DNA of 64,000 nt from Raja brachyura (lineage: Eukaryota), in the NCBI GenBank assembly GCA_963514005.1, contig OY740781.1:118978001-119042000 (forward strand). Reading direction: 5' to 3'. The position numbers and the translations under genes are program-made. Positions 37,104-49,512 of the stretch are shown here, in pieces; position 1 is the first letter of the stretch, and each line of letters opens with the position of its first letter. The notes beneath the pieces are model-generated. The model was not told the DNA's origin. It did no database searches and was given only the letters and a program-made list of their open reading frames with translations.

Positions 37104-37657
37104 GATTGTAAAGGATGGTGCCCCTTTTACTACATAGGATAAAAAGTGACTTGTAATTTTTAGTATGGAGGCAAATACTTTGTAACTATGGGCCTCTTGG
37201 GGAAAAGGTCATGCTTAAATATTCTTTAAGCTATGTGAATGGTCTCTGGAAAGATAAATACACACCATCTCCTTTCCCATAGAAGCACAGCTGCTGAGAG
37301 AGGACCACCTACATTAATGTCTATAGAAATCTTGTCTTCCTCTAAATGATACATCAATATTGACAGACGCAGAGAGATACCCGCACTGAGCTGTCCTTGT
37401 GCTTCATGAGGCCAGCTGAAGGCAGCAAGAAAAGTAGGTTTAGAAGTGCTATTGCATAGTGCAGTGTTTTTATGTGCTATATGGTCGATTTGTTTTTATG
37501 TGTAAATGACATGCTGAAAACAAGTTATAACTGTGTGCATGTAAACTCTCTTTTTGAAGTTTACCTACTTAATCTTCCCAAAGAGAGTTCTACATGCACA
37601 GAGTTGTAAACTGTTTACCTACTTAATTCAACATTTTTCCTACTTAATTCAAAGTCT

Positions 37658-38315
37658 ACCTATTTAATTTAACATTTATATGAGAGACATGCCAACTACC
37701 TTGTCCAAGACGTTTGCATATGCAGATAACCTTCAACTTGCCTATCAGGGAGCTGCCCTTGAGGATATCAGCAGAGTGCTAACCCAAGACTTGAAGGGGA
37801 TGGAGGAGTACTTCACCTTCTGGCGACTTCGTCCCAACCCATCTAAGACAACTGTCACTGCCTTTTACCTCAGCAATCGGCTCGCCAATGCAAAGCTCTG
37901 AGTGTCCTTTTGTGGTAAGCTGGTGAAGAATGAAGAATTCCCCAAGTTCCTCGGAGTCACCCGGGATCGCACTCTCACCTATCGTGAACACCTGAAGAGG
38001 GTGGCTGATAAACTGTAAGCAAGGGTCAACATCATCAGGAAACTTGCAGGCAACAGCTGGGGATCCAATGCACACACCCTCAGTACCGCAACCTTAGCCC
38101 TAGTCTACTCAACAGCCGTGTTTTGCTCAACAGCCTGGATTAATAGCTGCCATGCCAAATGAGACGACACTGTCCTTAACTCTGCAATGCAGTCATCACA
38201 GGGATGCTTAAGTCAACACCTTTGCAGTGGCTCACTGTCCTCTCTCATATTGCCCCTCCCAGCATACGCAGAAGGGAGATGATGAATGATTGGTGCACCA
38301 TCGAGGCTAACCCTG
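37658..38315 (+). mobile_element. Vingi/Ingi-like (I group) LINE RT fragment
   Basis: FNIYMRDMP...FAYADNL...WRLRPNPSKT...FLGVTRDRTLTYREHL...IIRKLAGNSWGSNAHTL...LVYS...VLSHIAPPSIRR, with stop codons. Confidence 0.75.
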
Positions 38316-38566
38316 AACCCGATCAGTATTGAACGAGTTACAAGAGTAGTGAGATAGCAGCATTAACTGTTATACCACCATGCCACATAGTTACATTGTG
38401 AAATCTTTGTTAAAGAAGGAACTGCAGATGCTGGAGAATCGAGGCGATTATCTCCTTCGCTCCTTAGATGCTGCTGCACCCGCTGAGTTTCTCCAGCCTT
38501 TTGTGTACCCTTGTGAAATCTTTGTATATGTGATGTTTAACATATTGAGTGCCGGAGCTACAGTGT

Positions 38567-39142
38567 AGAGTCATAGACATAGAGTGATACAGTTGGAATC
38601 AGGCCCTTCAGCCCAACTTGCCCACACTGGCCAACTCCGAGCTACACTAGTCCGACCTGCCCGCGTTTTGTCCATATCGCTCCAAACATGTCCTATCCAT
38701 GTACAGTATCTGTCTAACTGTTTCTTAAATGTTGGGATAGTCCCTGCCTCAACTACCTCCTCTGACATCTTGTTCCATGCACCCACCACCCTTTATGTGA
38801 AAAGGTTACTCCTCAGATCCCTATTAAATCTTTTCCCCTTCACCTTAAACCTATGTCCTCTAGTCCTCAATTCACCTACTCTGGACAAGTGACTGGGCAT
38901 CTACCCGATCTATTCATCTCATGATTTTATACACCTCAATAAGATCACCCCTCATCCTCCTGTCCTCCAAGGAATAGAGTCCCAGCCTACTCAACCTTCC
39001 TAGAGCTCCGACCCTCTAGCCCTGGCAAAATTTGTGTAAATTTTCTCTGTACCTATTCCAGCTTGACAACATCTTTTCTATAACATGGTGCCCAGAACTG
39101 AACACAATACTCTAAATGCGGCCTCACCAACGTCTTATACAA
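38567..39142 (-). mobile_element. CR1 3' fragment
   Basis: VGAWNKMSEEVVEAGTIPTFKKQLDRY; CR1 tail. Confidence 0.85.
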
Positions 39143-39344
39143 ATGCACATGGCTTCCAAACTCCTACAGTAACTGTAGTTATAGAGATAGACAGCATGGA
39201 AACAGAAACTGAGTCCATGTCAACCTATAAGCCTAATTTTTACCCTAATTCTACACCAACCCATGTTACTCTGCCCACTTTCCCAGTAATGTTAATCACC
39301 GTAAATGCATGATTGACATAATTGTTGCAGCTTTCAAACACATA

Positions 39345-39655
39345 GGGGTGGGTTCAGTGGCACATCTGGTAGAGCTTCTGCCTCACAGTGTCAGATACCC
39401 AGCCTCAAACCTGACCTTGGGTGTTGTCTGTGTGGAGTTTGCACGTTCTCCCTGTGACAACACGGATTTCCTCCCACATCCCAAAGGCATGAGTGTTTGT
39501 CTGTTAATTGGCTTCTGTCAGTTGCCCTTTGTGTGTAGGGAGTGAAAACAAAAGAATATATACAAACTAGTGTGAATGGGTGATTAATGGTTGGTGTAGA
39601 CTTGGTGGGCCGAACAACCTGTATCCAAGATTTATCTTTTAATCAGTCAACGAAT
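39345..39655 (+). mobile_element. HE1-like SINE
   Basis: tRNA-like head, gtggagtttgcacgttctccctgtgac, (TCAA)n tail. Confidence 0.7.
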
Positions 39656-40793
39656 CAATCATATACAAATTTCAGGAGCTTTCCTCAAGGATGAAGGCAT
39701 GTCCATGCTAGTTGGAGGGCTCTTCCATGACCGAGCCTTTGCTGCGGAAAGCAGAGAAACCAGAAACAACTTCAGGAATTTTCAAGAAGAGTTCTCATAT
39801 CCCCCATGTCCAAGGCAGGCCTTTCTTTCTTTTATGGTGGTAGCCCTTGCTTCAATTGTGCAGCTCCATTTGAAGAATGTCCCTACACCTGTCAAAAATG
39901 TGAGTGGCTGTCCCCCATCATCAAACTATCACTTAACAGCAAATGTATCTCAAAGCAGCCCCACAAATTGAAGTGGAAGTCCACAAACACTTCCATTTGA
40001 TGGTCATGTGACAGATAATACATTGCAGAGCTACAGTGGCAAATGGGATGGAAAAAAATCAAGCATATTACTAATTCTCTATTTTGAATAAAAGTAGAGA
40101 AATCTGGTAACTAAACAGTAAAGGGCAGAAAATATTGGTAAGAAATGCCTGTTGGTCCCAGAAGAGTGGTGTGTGATGTATGACATGGTATAAATGAGGA
40201 AATGAGAGATGCATATAACAAGAATAGCACAATTATCTTAAGAGCATTTAATGCAGGCCAACATAGGGTAAACCATTTTAACAGAAATAGTGTGGTGGCC
40301 ACATTTGTACAGTATGCAAACTATATCTATATCAATGAGGAACCCCAGATAAAATGACATGCACCATAAGATTTTGGGGGAAATAGCTATGGTGATTGTA
40401 GAGGCACTGGTTGCCATCTACCAAAGTTCCATTTTACTACAGTGATCACCCCATATTGGAAGAGAGCAGACAGACCAAAGACAAAAGAGAATGGCACTTC
40501 GGTTAATAGGAAAAATGCCAAAAATTGTTTTTAATGAAGGACTAGCAGGCAAGTTGCTTTCTGTTCATCACCAAAACTACCTGACCTGCAGGGTATTTTC
40601 AATGATTTCTGTTTGAGTTCAGATTTCCAGTAAATGCTGTATCTCACAGTTATAGTATTATTTTGTTTTCACTCTGCTTCTCTATTTTCATCTATTTACA
40701 TCACTTTCAGAGACACTAGCTGCAAATAACGGCCCTTCACCACCCTTCTCAACTGGCACCACCATCACATCTGACATTTAATACCTCTTGGTC

Positions 40794-41141
40794 TGTAGAA
40801 ACAAAGAGCTGCAGATGCTGGCTTATACCAAAGATTGACACAAAGTACTGGAGTAGATTACAAGAGAGAGTTAGATTTAGCTCTTTGGGCTAAAGGAATC
40901 AAAGGACATGGGGAAAAAGCAGGAACGGGGTACTGATTTTAGATGATCGGCAATGATCATTTTGATTGGCGATGCTGGCTCAAAGGGCCGAATGGCTTAC
41001 TCCTGCACCAATTTTTCTATGTTTCTATGAATAACTTAGTGGGTCAAGCAGCACCATTCTTCAGACCCGGAACACCACCTATCCTTTTCCTCTACAAGTT
41101 CGGCCTGACCCACTGAGTTACTCCAGTACTTTGTGTCTATC
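40794..41141. mobile_element. Penelope-like palindromic element with a CR1 3' end inserted (about 40857-41030)
   Basis: gacacaaagtactggagta...tactccagtactttgtgtc inverted halves; CR1 tail inside. Confidence 0.65.
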
Positions 41142-41999
41142 CTCTTGTTCTATACCATGTTACAAACATTCATTCTATTTGCTCCAACCTTCCTCCTACT
41201 TTGCAACTTCAAACATTTTTGATTTCTCGTGCTGATGAAAGATCATTAATCTGACACATCAACTCTTTCTCTCTCAACAGTTTCCACCTGACCTGCTCAG
41301 TAGTTTTTGCTTTTCTTGTTTTATTTCAGCTTTCCAAAGACTCCTTCTTCTTCATCACACCATTCATTCTGATCTCTTTTTGCTCCTTTTTCATTAGGAC
41401 CAACAGACTATTTGGCTGATAGACCTTCACGTATATAATTGTATGGACAACAATTTAATAATCATTCTTTGCTTAATACAAAGTAATACAGAAACTAATG
41501 TATTTTATGCACTGTAGCAGATTGACTTGTATCAGAACGTCCCGCATGAAACTTCATCACTAATGAGAAATTATTATTCTCAATCAATTAGTTAATTATT
41601 AATACTTAATGAATGACAAATTATTATTAATGCTGTGAGGATGCAATGTTAAATTATGTACAGCACATTTAGTATGACTACTTGAACACACGCCACGTAA
41701 GCACACATACTGAAGAAACCATGTGGTCTTCAACTACTTAATATAGTGGCTTCCTGGAGAATGGTCGTTAGACAAATTTTCTACCATGGGAGTAGATGTT
41801 AGAATATACTCGTCTCATGTTTCCTGATTCTGACTGCACAAGGCTGCACTGACTGCATGAAATTGGGAGTCGTTGTTTTGCATGACTCTGCTCACAGCTC
41901 ACAATTCATGATGCTTATGTGCTTAAAAGCCTTGTACACAAGTAAATTGATCCCTTGTATTTTGCCTCATGCAGTCAGAATTTAATATGTATTACCATA

Positions 42000-43170
42000 T
42001 CCCGCATAAGAGATTAGCATACAAACTTAAAGCACACGGTATTGGGGGTTCAGTATTGATGTGGATAGAGAACTGGCTAGCAGACAGGAGGCAAAGGGTA
42101 GGAGTAAACGGGTCCTTTTCAGAATGGCAGGCAGTGACTAGTGGGGTGCCGCAAGGCTCAGTGCTGGGACCCCAGCTATTTACAATATATATTAATGATT
42201 TGGACGAGGGAATTCAATGCAACATCTCCAAATTTGCAGATGATACCAAGCTGGGGGGTATAGTTAGGTGTGAGGAGGATGCTTGGAGGCTGCAGGGTGA
42301 TTTGGATAGGCTGAGTGAATGGGCAGATGCATGGCAGATGCAGTACAATGTGGATAAATGTGAGGTTATCCACTTTGGTGGCAAAAACATGAGGGTAGAC
42401 TATTATCTGAATGGTGGCAGATTAGGTAAGGGGGAGATGCAACGAGACCTGGGTGTCATGGTACACCAGTCATTGAAAGTAGGCATGCAGGTGCAGCAGG
42501 CAGTGAAGAAAGCAAATGGTATGTTAGCATTCATAGCGAAAGGATTTGAGTATAGGAGCAGGGAGGTTCTACTGCAGTTGTACAGGGTTTTGGTGAGGCC
42601 ACACCTGGAGTACTGCGTACAGTTTTGGTCTCCAAATCTGAGGAAAGACATCCTTGCCATAGAGGGGGTACAGAGAAGATTCACCAGACTGATTCCTGGG
42701 ATGTCAGGACTTTCATATGAGGAAAGATTGGATAGACTCGGTTTGTACTCGATGGAATTTAGAAGATTGAGGGGGGATCTTATAGAAACCTACAAAATTC
42801 TTAAGGGGTTGGACAAGCTAGATGCTGGAAGATTGTTCCCGATGTTGGGGGAGTCCAGAACAAGGGGTCACAGTCTAAGGATAAGGGGGAATTCCTTTAG
42901 GACCGAAATGAGGAAAACATTCTTTACACAGAGAGTGGTGAGTCTCTGGAATTCTCTGCCACAGAAGGTAGTTGAGGCCAGTTCATTGGCTATATTTAAG
43001 AGGGCGTTAGATGTGGCACTTGTGGCTAAAGGGATCAGGGGGTATGGAGAGAAGGCAGGTACGGGATACTGAGTTGGATGATCAGCCATGATCACATTGA
43101 ATGGCGGTGCAGGCTCGAAGGGCCGAATGGCCTACTCCTGCACCTATTTTCTATGTTTCTATGTTTCTAT
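42000..43170 (+). mobile_element. Young 5'-truncated CR1 LINE
   Basis: Open ORF2 3' part to the stop at 43072, a short 3' UTR and a (TTCTATGT)n tail. Confidence 0.95.
42002..43072 (+). CDS. CR1 ORF2 reverse transcriptase, C-terminal part (open, 5'-truncated)
   Basis: SGVPQGSVLGPQLFTIYINDLD...KFADDTKL...[14 protein letters not shown]...FFTQRVVSLWNSLP; no stops. Confidence 0.9.
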   Translation, partial: PHKRLAYKLKAHGIGGSVLMWIENWLADRRQRVGVNGSFSEWQAVTSGVPQGSVLGPQLFTIYINDLDEGIQCNISKFADDTKLGGIVRCEEDAWRLQGDLDRLSEWADAWQMQYNVDKCEVIHFGGKNMRVDYYLNGGRLGKGEMQRDLGVMVHQSLKVGMQVQQAVKKANGMLAFIAKGFEYRSREVLLQLYRVLVRPHLEYCVQFWSPNLRKDILAIEGVQRRFTRLIPGMSGLSYEERLDRLGLYSMEFRRLRGDLIETYKILKGLDKLDAGRLFPMLGESRTRGHSLRIRGNSFRTEMRKTFFTQRVVSLWNSLPQKVVEASSLAIFKRALDVALVAKGIRGYGEKAGTGY

Positions 43171-45097
43171 ATGCTGCACAAATCGTAGCAATATTTTTAC
43201 ATCAAAGAATAAAAGAAAATGTATTGCCACTAGCAAAGAATGTAAATTGAATTTGATTATAAACACAATTTAAGAAATCCACATATATATTTTCATTTCT
43301 TAACATAGCTATTTGTACAGAAAAATGTTTCATATCAATCATTATCATTAAGTACAAAGCAATCAAATATATCATTCCTGTTTCCTCTTATTCAATCTTG
43401 GGCTGTCTGATCTTTGACTTTAAAGGGAGAAGTTTCCTTTAATTAGTCATAAATCACCTTCTAAAGATTACCATCAAAGAGAAGCAATAAAGCTATTTGC
43501 CTTACCCCAGCAATTCAATACAGACACAATTATAATTACGAGTATTTTGTTACCAGATCATCCATTTATTTTAAGACTTGTCAAACGTAACCCTGCATGT
43601 TTTCTATTTTGCAGACTCAAGGCAGGTTATTTAACTTACTAATATCATAGATAAATGATCATCAAAAATAAAATTATCTAATAGCAAGAAGATTTATTAG
43701 ATTTAAAATTGAAATACCATTGATCAATGAAAAGGATAGCATGACAATATAATTCCCTCGGTCTTTGGCCATTTTAAATGAAAGATTAACTGGTATATTT
43801 AGCAATTTGTGACATCAACACATTTTAACCAGTTTTTGGATTACAATATTTTTAGGAAACAAATTATTACAACAGTACAATTGGTCCATTGCTGAGTTAA
43901 TTAGTAAATTATGTCTTCGTTTTCCTCGTATCTGTGAAATATGTTAGAACATTTTTTTCATTATCAAATGGGATTGCAGATTGTTTTAATATAAAAACAG
44001 AAGCGATGAAATCAGATTCAAAGCGAGGTTCGGTTTGGTATTTGGAATATGCCTGACTGTCATCAAAGATAAGAAATATTGTGTAGAATTAATGATAGAG
44101 AATAAAACTATTATTGCTTTCGAGAACAAATTGCTGAGACGTAATGGAAATGATGTTGCACAGGCATTTTAAAAGTAAATGTTTCACAGTTGAAAGGTCA
44201 TCAATAGATTTATGAAGCCAACTGCTATTTGAGATTACAATGAATTATGGACAGCCACTAAAGCTTGCCTGATTGCCACATAAACTGAAGAAGAATTGGT
44301 TATTTTTTTCCTCAATTATATATTTTCTCCAAAGAAACAGTGTGGCAGGCAATAGATGCAAAAGTCTACATCACCCCTCATGGTCATGGACCTGACATGC
44401 TAGAAACATTTTGACTATCAGTTGTTTACAGGAAGTGAACAGAAAACACTAATTAATCCAGTAATTGAGAAGGTTTAAATCTAGGCTATAGTTTTCCATT
44501 TTCAAATCCAGTTAAGATATTTTATTGGGTCTTTATGGAAACAGGAATATCCATATCTGTGTAAATATAATTTGTGCTCAGTTTGAATAGAAAGGTGCAT
44601 AAAGTGACCATATCTAACTTTCTGGATGTCAGAACAACTGGGTTGGGAGTCTCAGGTTCAATGAAGAAACCATGTTTGTAATATTCACCTTTGGTTTGAA
44701 GCATCATTCAGTGAATCTAAATGTTCTGTGGATGGCTATTAAATCTATCATGTCCATAGCCTTCTGTGTTGGCTCTTGTGTGACTGTATCGAATTTTGCT
44801 GACATTAGCTGGCTGCCACGTTAAAATTGGGTTTTTGGCATCCATCCTAACTGATGTGACTTCACTGAAGCACATATAACTCTAACCAAAGCTACCATCA
44901 GGACATCAGAATCATTTTCAGATCTGGAGCTCATATATATGCCATAAAGGAGACAGAATTCCCAAAAAGGAGCTTTGCCAGTTGTGTAAAGGTGAGGGGT
45001 CAAACTGCTCCTGAACTTAACCAGCCAGCTGCTTGGGCTGGGATGTGGGTTGGTGGAAGCAGTGGCAGTTGAGGAAGGGTGAGAGGTCACATCAATA

Positions 45098-46365
45098 GTC
45101 AAAGATGAATAGAGTTTTATTGTCATGTGTCTCGAAACATAACACTGAAATTCTTACTTGCAGCAACACAACAGAAATGTAAACTTAGTACTCAGTGGAC
45201 ACCAGAATAAACATCAAAAATAAATAATCGATATATAAAGCCAAATAAACAGTCTAGTGCAAAGACAAAAAAAATGCCCCCAGTGCAATCAAGGCAGTTT
45301 GTAGTTCGGAGTTTAGTTGGAGTTTGTAACATTCAATAGCCTGATGGTTGTTGGGAAGAAGCTGCTCCTGAACTTGGACTTTATAGTTTACAGGCTCCTA
45401 TACCTTCTTCCCGAGGGCAGAAATGAAAGTGTGGTCAGGGAATGCTTGTCCCTCATGATGCTTGGTGCTTTTTTGAAGCAGCACCTTCTATGGATCCCTT
45501 CGATGGTGGGGAAGTCAGTACCTGTAATAGACTGGGTAGTATTCACCACTTTTTGCAATCTTCTTTGTTCCTGGGCATTTGTGTTTCCAAGCTCCAGGCC
45601 ACAAGTCAATCGGTGTACTGTATTGTACACCTCTTCTGTACACCTGTAGAAGTTCATAAGGTCCTTGGTTTTAATGATGGGTTGTTGCTCTGGCACCATT
45701 CCATCAGACGAGTGATGTCTCTCCTATACTCTAAATCATCATCATCGTAAGTTGTATGACAAAGGTGGTGTAATCAGCGAATTTAAAGTTGGAGTTGGAA
45801 CTGTGTCCACCCCTATAGTCATGGCCATAGAGTGAGTAGAGCAGGGGGTTGAGCACAGAACGCCTTGAGGTGCTCCTGTGCTGATGGCTATTGAAAAGGA
45901 AGTGTTGCTGCCAATTCGTACTGAATGTGTTCTGTTGATGAGGAAGTTGGGGGTCCAGTTGCAGAGGGATGCACAAAGACCCAGTTCCATGAGCTTTGTC
46001 ACCAGTTTGGAGGGGATGATGGTGTTGAACATTGATCTGTAGTCTATGAACAACAGCCATATGTGATTTTATTGTCCAAGTGGTCCAGTACAGAGTGGAG
46101 AGCCAGCAAGACCACATCCTTCATTGATCTATGTGGTGATGGGCAAATTATAGAGGGTCTAGGTTGTTGTAGGAGTAGGATTTGACATGCGCCATAACCA
46201 ACCTCTCGAAGCACTTCAACACCATAGATGTTAGTGCCTCACTAATGAGAGGTTGACGATGCCTGCAAAATCTCCAGCCAGTTGGTCTGCACAGGTTTAG
46301 AGAATGCAACCAGGTATACCATCAGGTCTAGACACTTTACGAGGGTTCATCCTCCTGAAGGATTG
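45098..46365 (-). mobile_element. Degenerate Rex1/Babar LINE
   Basis: FIDYRSMFNTIIPSKLVTKL...CNWT; KFADYTT; LQKVVNTTQSITG...[10 protein letters not shown]; frameshifted. Confidence 0.85.
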
Positions 46366-46934
46366 ATCCTGAACTGAAGCAGTTTGAGCTGGGATGTGAA
46401 CTGGTGGGATTAGCGTCAGTGACTTCCAGCTGGCGGTCATAACTTTACAGTTTGAATTGTGGAGAGGTGACAGGAAAATGATTGAGTACTTCCATGTACT
46501 GTATTTCCCTTGAGAAATGGGAAACTTATCAAGAGATCATACTATCAAATTGTGAAAATGGTGAATAATGGATGCGGAGAGGAAAAAGTATCAAAAATAA
46601 TGTTCCAAAATATTACTAATATATCAAACAGGAAAATAATTACCTCTGCAGATTGATTTGTATATATAACACATTACCATAGGAAATGGCTGAGGCTCTG
46701 TTGTTTTCAAAAGGAAACTGCCAATCATGTGAGAGAAAAGGTTATAGATACTGTACATGCTGAAAGAGAGAAATAATGTAGTTGAAGTGGAAGGCGATGT
46801 ATTTGAATTATAAGCCTCAGCACAGTTAGACAGGCTGGTTCCATGTAATTTCATGCATAATGGATGTCACTGCAGAAACCCTGCACTGTTTATATCTTGG
46901 AGAACAGGCTGTGATTGCACTGCAGATTTAGGGT

Positions 46935-47260
46935 ATGATGGTGGTACTTCCATAATTGGATTAGTCCAGAGAACTAAACCCAAAAACTCAGGGATATGAG
47001 TTTACATTTATCACAATGGCTATTGAATTACTTCAGTTAAAAATCTTGAATTTGGAAAGCAACAACTTGTCTACGTAATGACAACAACCAAAAATACTAG
47101 ATTATTCTAAAAATCCAACAGTTTCTCAAATTCTATTTGGAGGAAATCGATCATCTTATCTGATCTGTCCTCTGAGAGTTCAGACCTACCACATATGGTT
47201 GACCCCTAAATGGACTAGCAAGCCAATCAGTTTAAGGCCAGGGATGGGCAAAAAATGAAT
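46935..47260 (+). mobile_element. Ancient SINE relic, MER131-like
   Basis: aaaaatccaacagtttctca...ggaggaaatc...cagacc.accaca.atggttgac...agggatgggcaa, similar to the consensus as I recall it; heavily decayed. Confidence 0.4.
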
Positions 47261-47979
47261 TAACAGATATTGAAAACAGGAACAGAGCTATCTTGTCAGA
47301 ATTTCCATGTTAAGTTTTCATGCTATACGTTAATTTGGGAATCATTGTAACATGACAAAGATATTATTAAATCTCCTAAAATTATTGCAGAATATATATC
47401 CTGTATCGTAGGTTTGAGTTTATATAACATGGTAATAAGGGTGCAAATTATTGTACAAATATTAGTTTCATTACTAGTGTTTGCTGTAGAATTAATTGTA
47501 CTATTTAGAATATGCTTTTAAAGAACTGAGACAAACTCAAAATAGCTTCAAACCCATTTATAGGTAGAAACATGAACCACTAAGTACAACACAAATCCTT
47601 TAAAGGATAGAGAGCAAACAATATATAGTAATAGGAACAAACTGTAAATTATGGAGCCTGGCATATGTAGTTTCAAGATTAATATTTCACAATGTTTGTG
47701 TGCTGCTATTTGGAGAGGTATATATTTCAATAAAAACTTGCTGGAGTTAATTTCCCTTTATATCTACTGCTATATTAAGATTTCTGTTCGCCTAGCACTA
47801 GTTCATTTACTGGCTACACTTCTTCACAAGTTGATTTTTGGGCTTCCAGTACATGTTGAATAACGTCTTCCTCTTGGTGTTCTTAAGATTTATTTCCTAT
47901 ATATACAGTTCTGATCTGGCCTTTATAATTGGTAAGAAGTTATTCAGCAGTTGTCACTTTCCGTCTATGCCTGCCTTGG

Positions 47980-48634
47980 TTTAAAGGTACAGCATGGAAA
48001 TTGGCCTTCAATGTTATCCCACTTTTGCATTAACTCCCTACATACTCCGTGGATTGTCACCTTGTCTTGGTGGAGAAGGTTGTGTGGACCTGAGCTCCTG
48101 AGAGCGGTGCCGTCTGGAGCTATGCTCCTGGTAGGGCCACCCATGGCGGTAAAGTCGAGGGGGAAGTCTATGACAAAGAGCAATCCAACCAAGACTTCAA
48201 CGGTGGAACAGGCGGAGGATGATGGCTGACCTGGATGGATGAAGGCTGCAGCAGAAAAGGGTCTCCGGTCGTCTTGGACTCCATGCCACTGGATCCTGAC
48301 CCAGATCTGTCAAGGACCATAGGATGGCTGTCCGTGCATCAGTCTCCCCACATTAAACAAAGTCACGGACAGATGTCCTCCATATAGGGAATAACACCCA
48401 TGGTCAGCCATGACCGAGGGGGGCCTTAATAGACTAGGGGAGATTTACAGAGGCCAACTAACCTACAGACCAGCATGACTTTGGGATGTGGGACAGAACC
48501 GGAGTTACCACAGGAAATACATGCAGTACTAGGGAGAATGTGCAAACTCCACACAGACAGCACCCAAGGTTAGGATCGAACCTAGGTCTCTAGCGTTGTG
48601 AGACAGCATCCATACCAGCTGTGCCACTGTGCCA
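47980..48634 (-). mobile_element. HE1-like SINE interrupted by an RTE-like insertion
   Basis: Tail at about 47980-48046; head and body at about 48432-48634. Confidence 0.7.
48048..48428 (+). mobile_element. Non-autonomous RTE-derived element (RTE 5'-UTR-like head)
   Basis: caccttgtc.tggtggag...ggagctatgctcctggtagggccacccatggcgg...gacaaagagc resembles Expander/BovB-type 5' UTRs; no ORF; 3' hairpin GGTCA-gcca-TGACC. Confidence 0.6.
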
Positions 48635-49512
48635 CATAGGACCAATGGAATCATCCTTGTATCTACTGAACTCCAATCCCAATTCAGATCCAATTCCCAT
48701 TGTTTAACATTGGCCTAATGATATTTTTCCGATAAACCGGGTTATTTTCCTATATAAAGCATCTGAAATACAATTTAAATATAATTAGAATCGGTCAATC
48801 AGTGCTTGTTAAATCTCAATAATGGAAAAGGTTGCAAACAGTCGGCGATAACTCTAAATGATTAATGTCCTAAACTTGCATTACCACAGCAAAGAATCTC
48901 AATTACTAAGATATTAGTGGGTGCAATTGAAGAATTTAATCAATTCAATAAGGAATGCTGAATTCTGAACACGGAGATCTGTTTTCTTCAGTAATTTAGA
49001 CTGGAATCTGAAAATACAACCACAAATTCTTTGTTTGATTCAATTATTTGACCTAACGTTGTAGAAGCATAATTGGGATCCGAAGTTCAAAGTTTTCCAT
49101 ATCCAGTATTTTATTAGAGTAAATGAATTAAGAAACATTTGAAGTATTATAAACCATGGACAGGATGCAGTTGATCTCATAGTCATTGTTTATTGGTAAG
49201 CATGGTTGTTTTCAAAGGACTTAAGTGGAATGCTGAAGCAATCTTGTGGGCATTATTTCTGCTGCTGGTTCATAGATAACTAATTCTCCAGCTTTATTAT
49301 ATAGGATGAACCATCATGAAATCTTGTTTATATGACTAGTTTGCAAAATCCTAGACCTAGCTAAATTAAACATTTGATTTATGGGTAAAGAATACTGTAA
49401 TCTACTGTTAGATTGATAGTATTGCACAGCAAAGAAATGATCAAGAATGCAGTAGCCATTTAGCTTAACTCAGTATGTTATAACTATAACCAGTTACTGT
49501 TAAATCTTATCT

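Noticed and set aside
43590-43632. 11-nt micro-exon after ttttctattttgcag
   Set aside because: The acceptor is plausible but the following donor (gttatt) is weak and there is no other support
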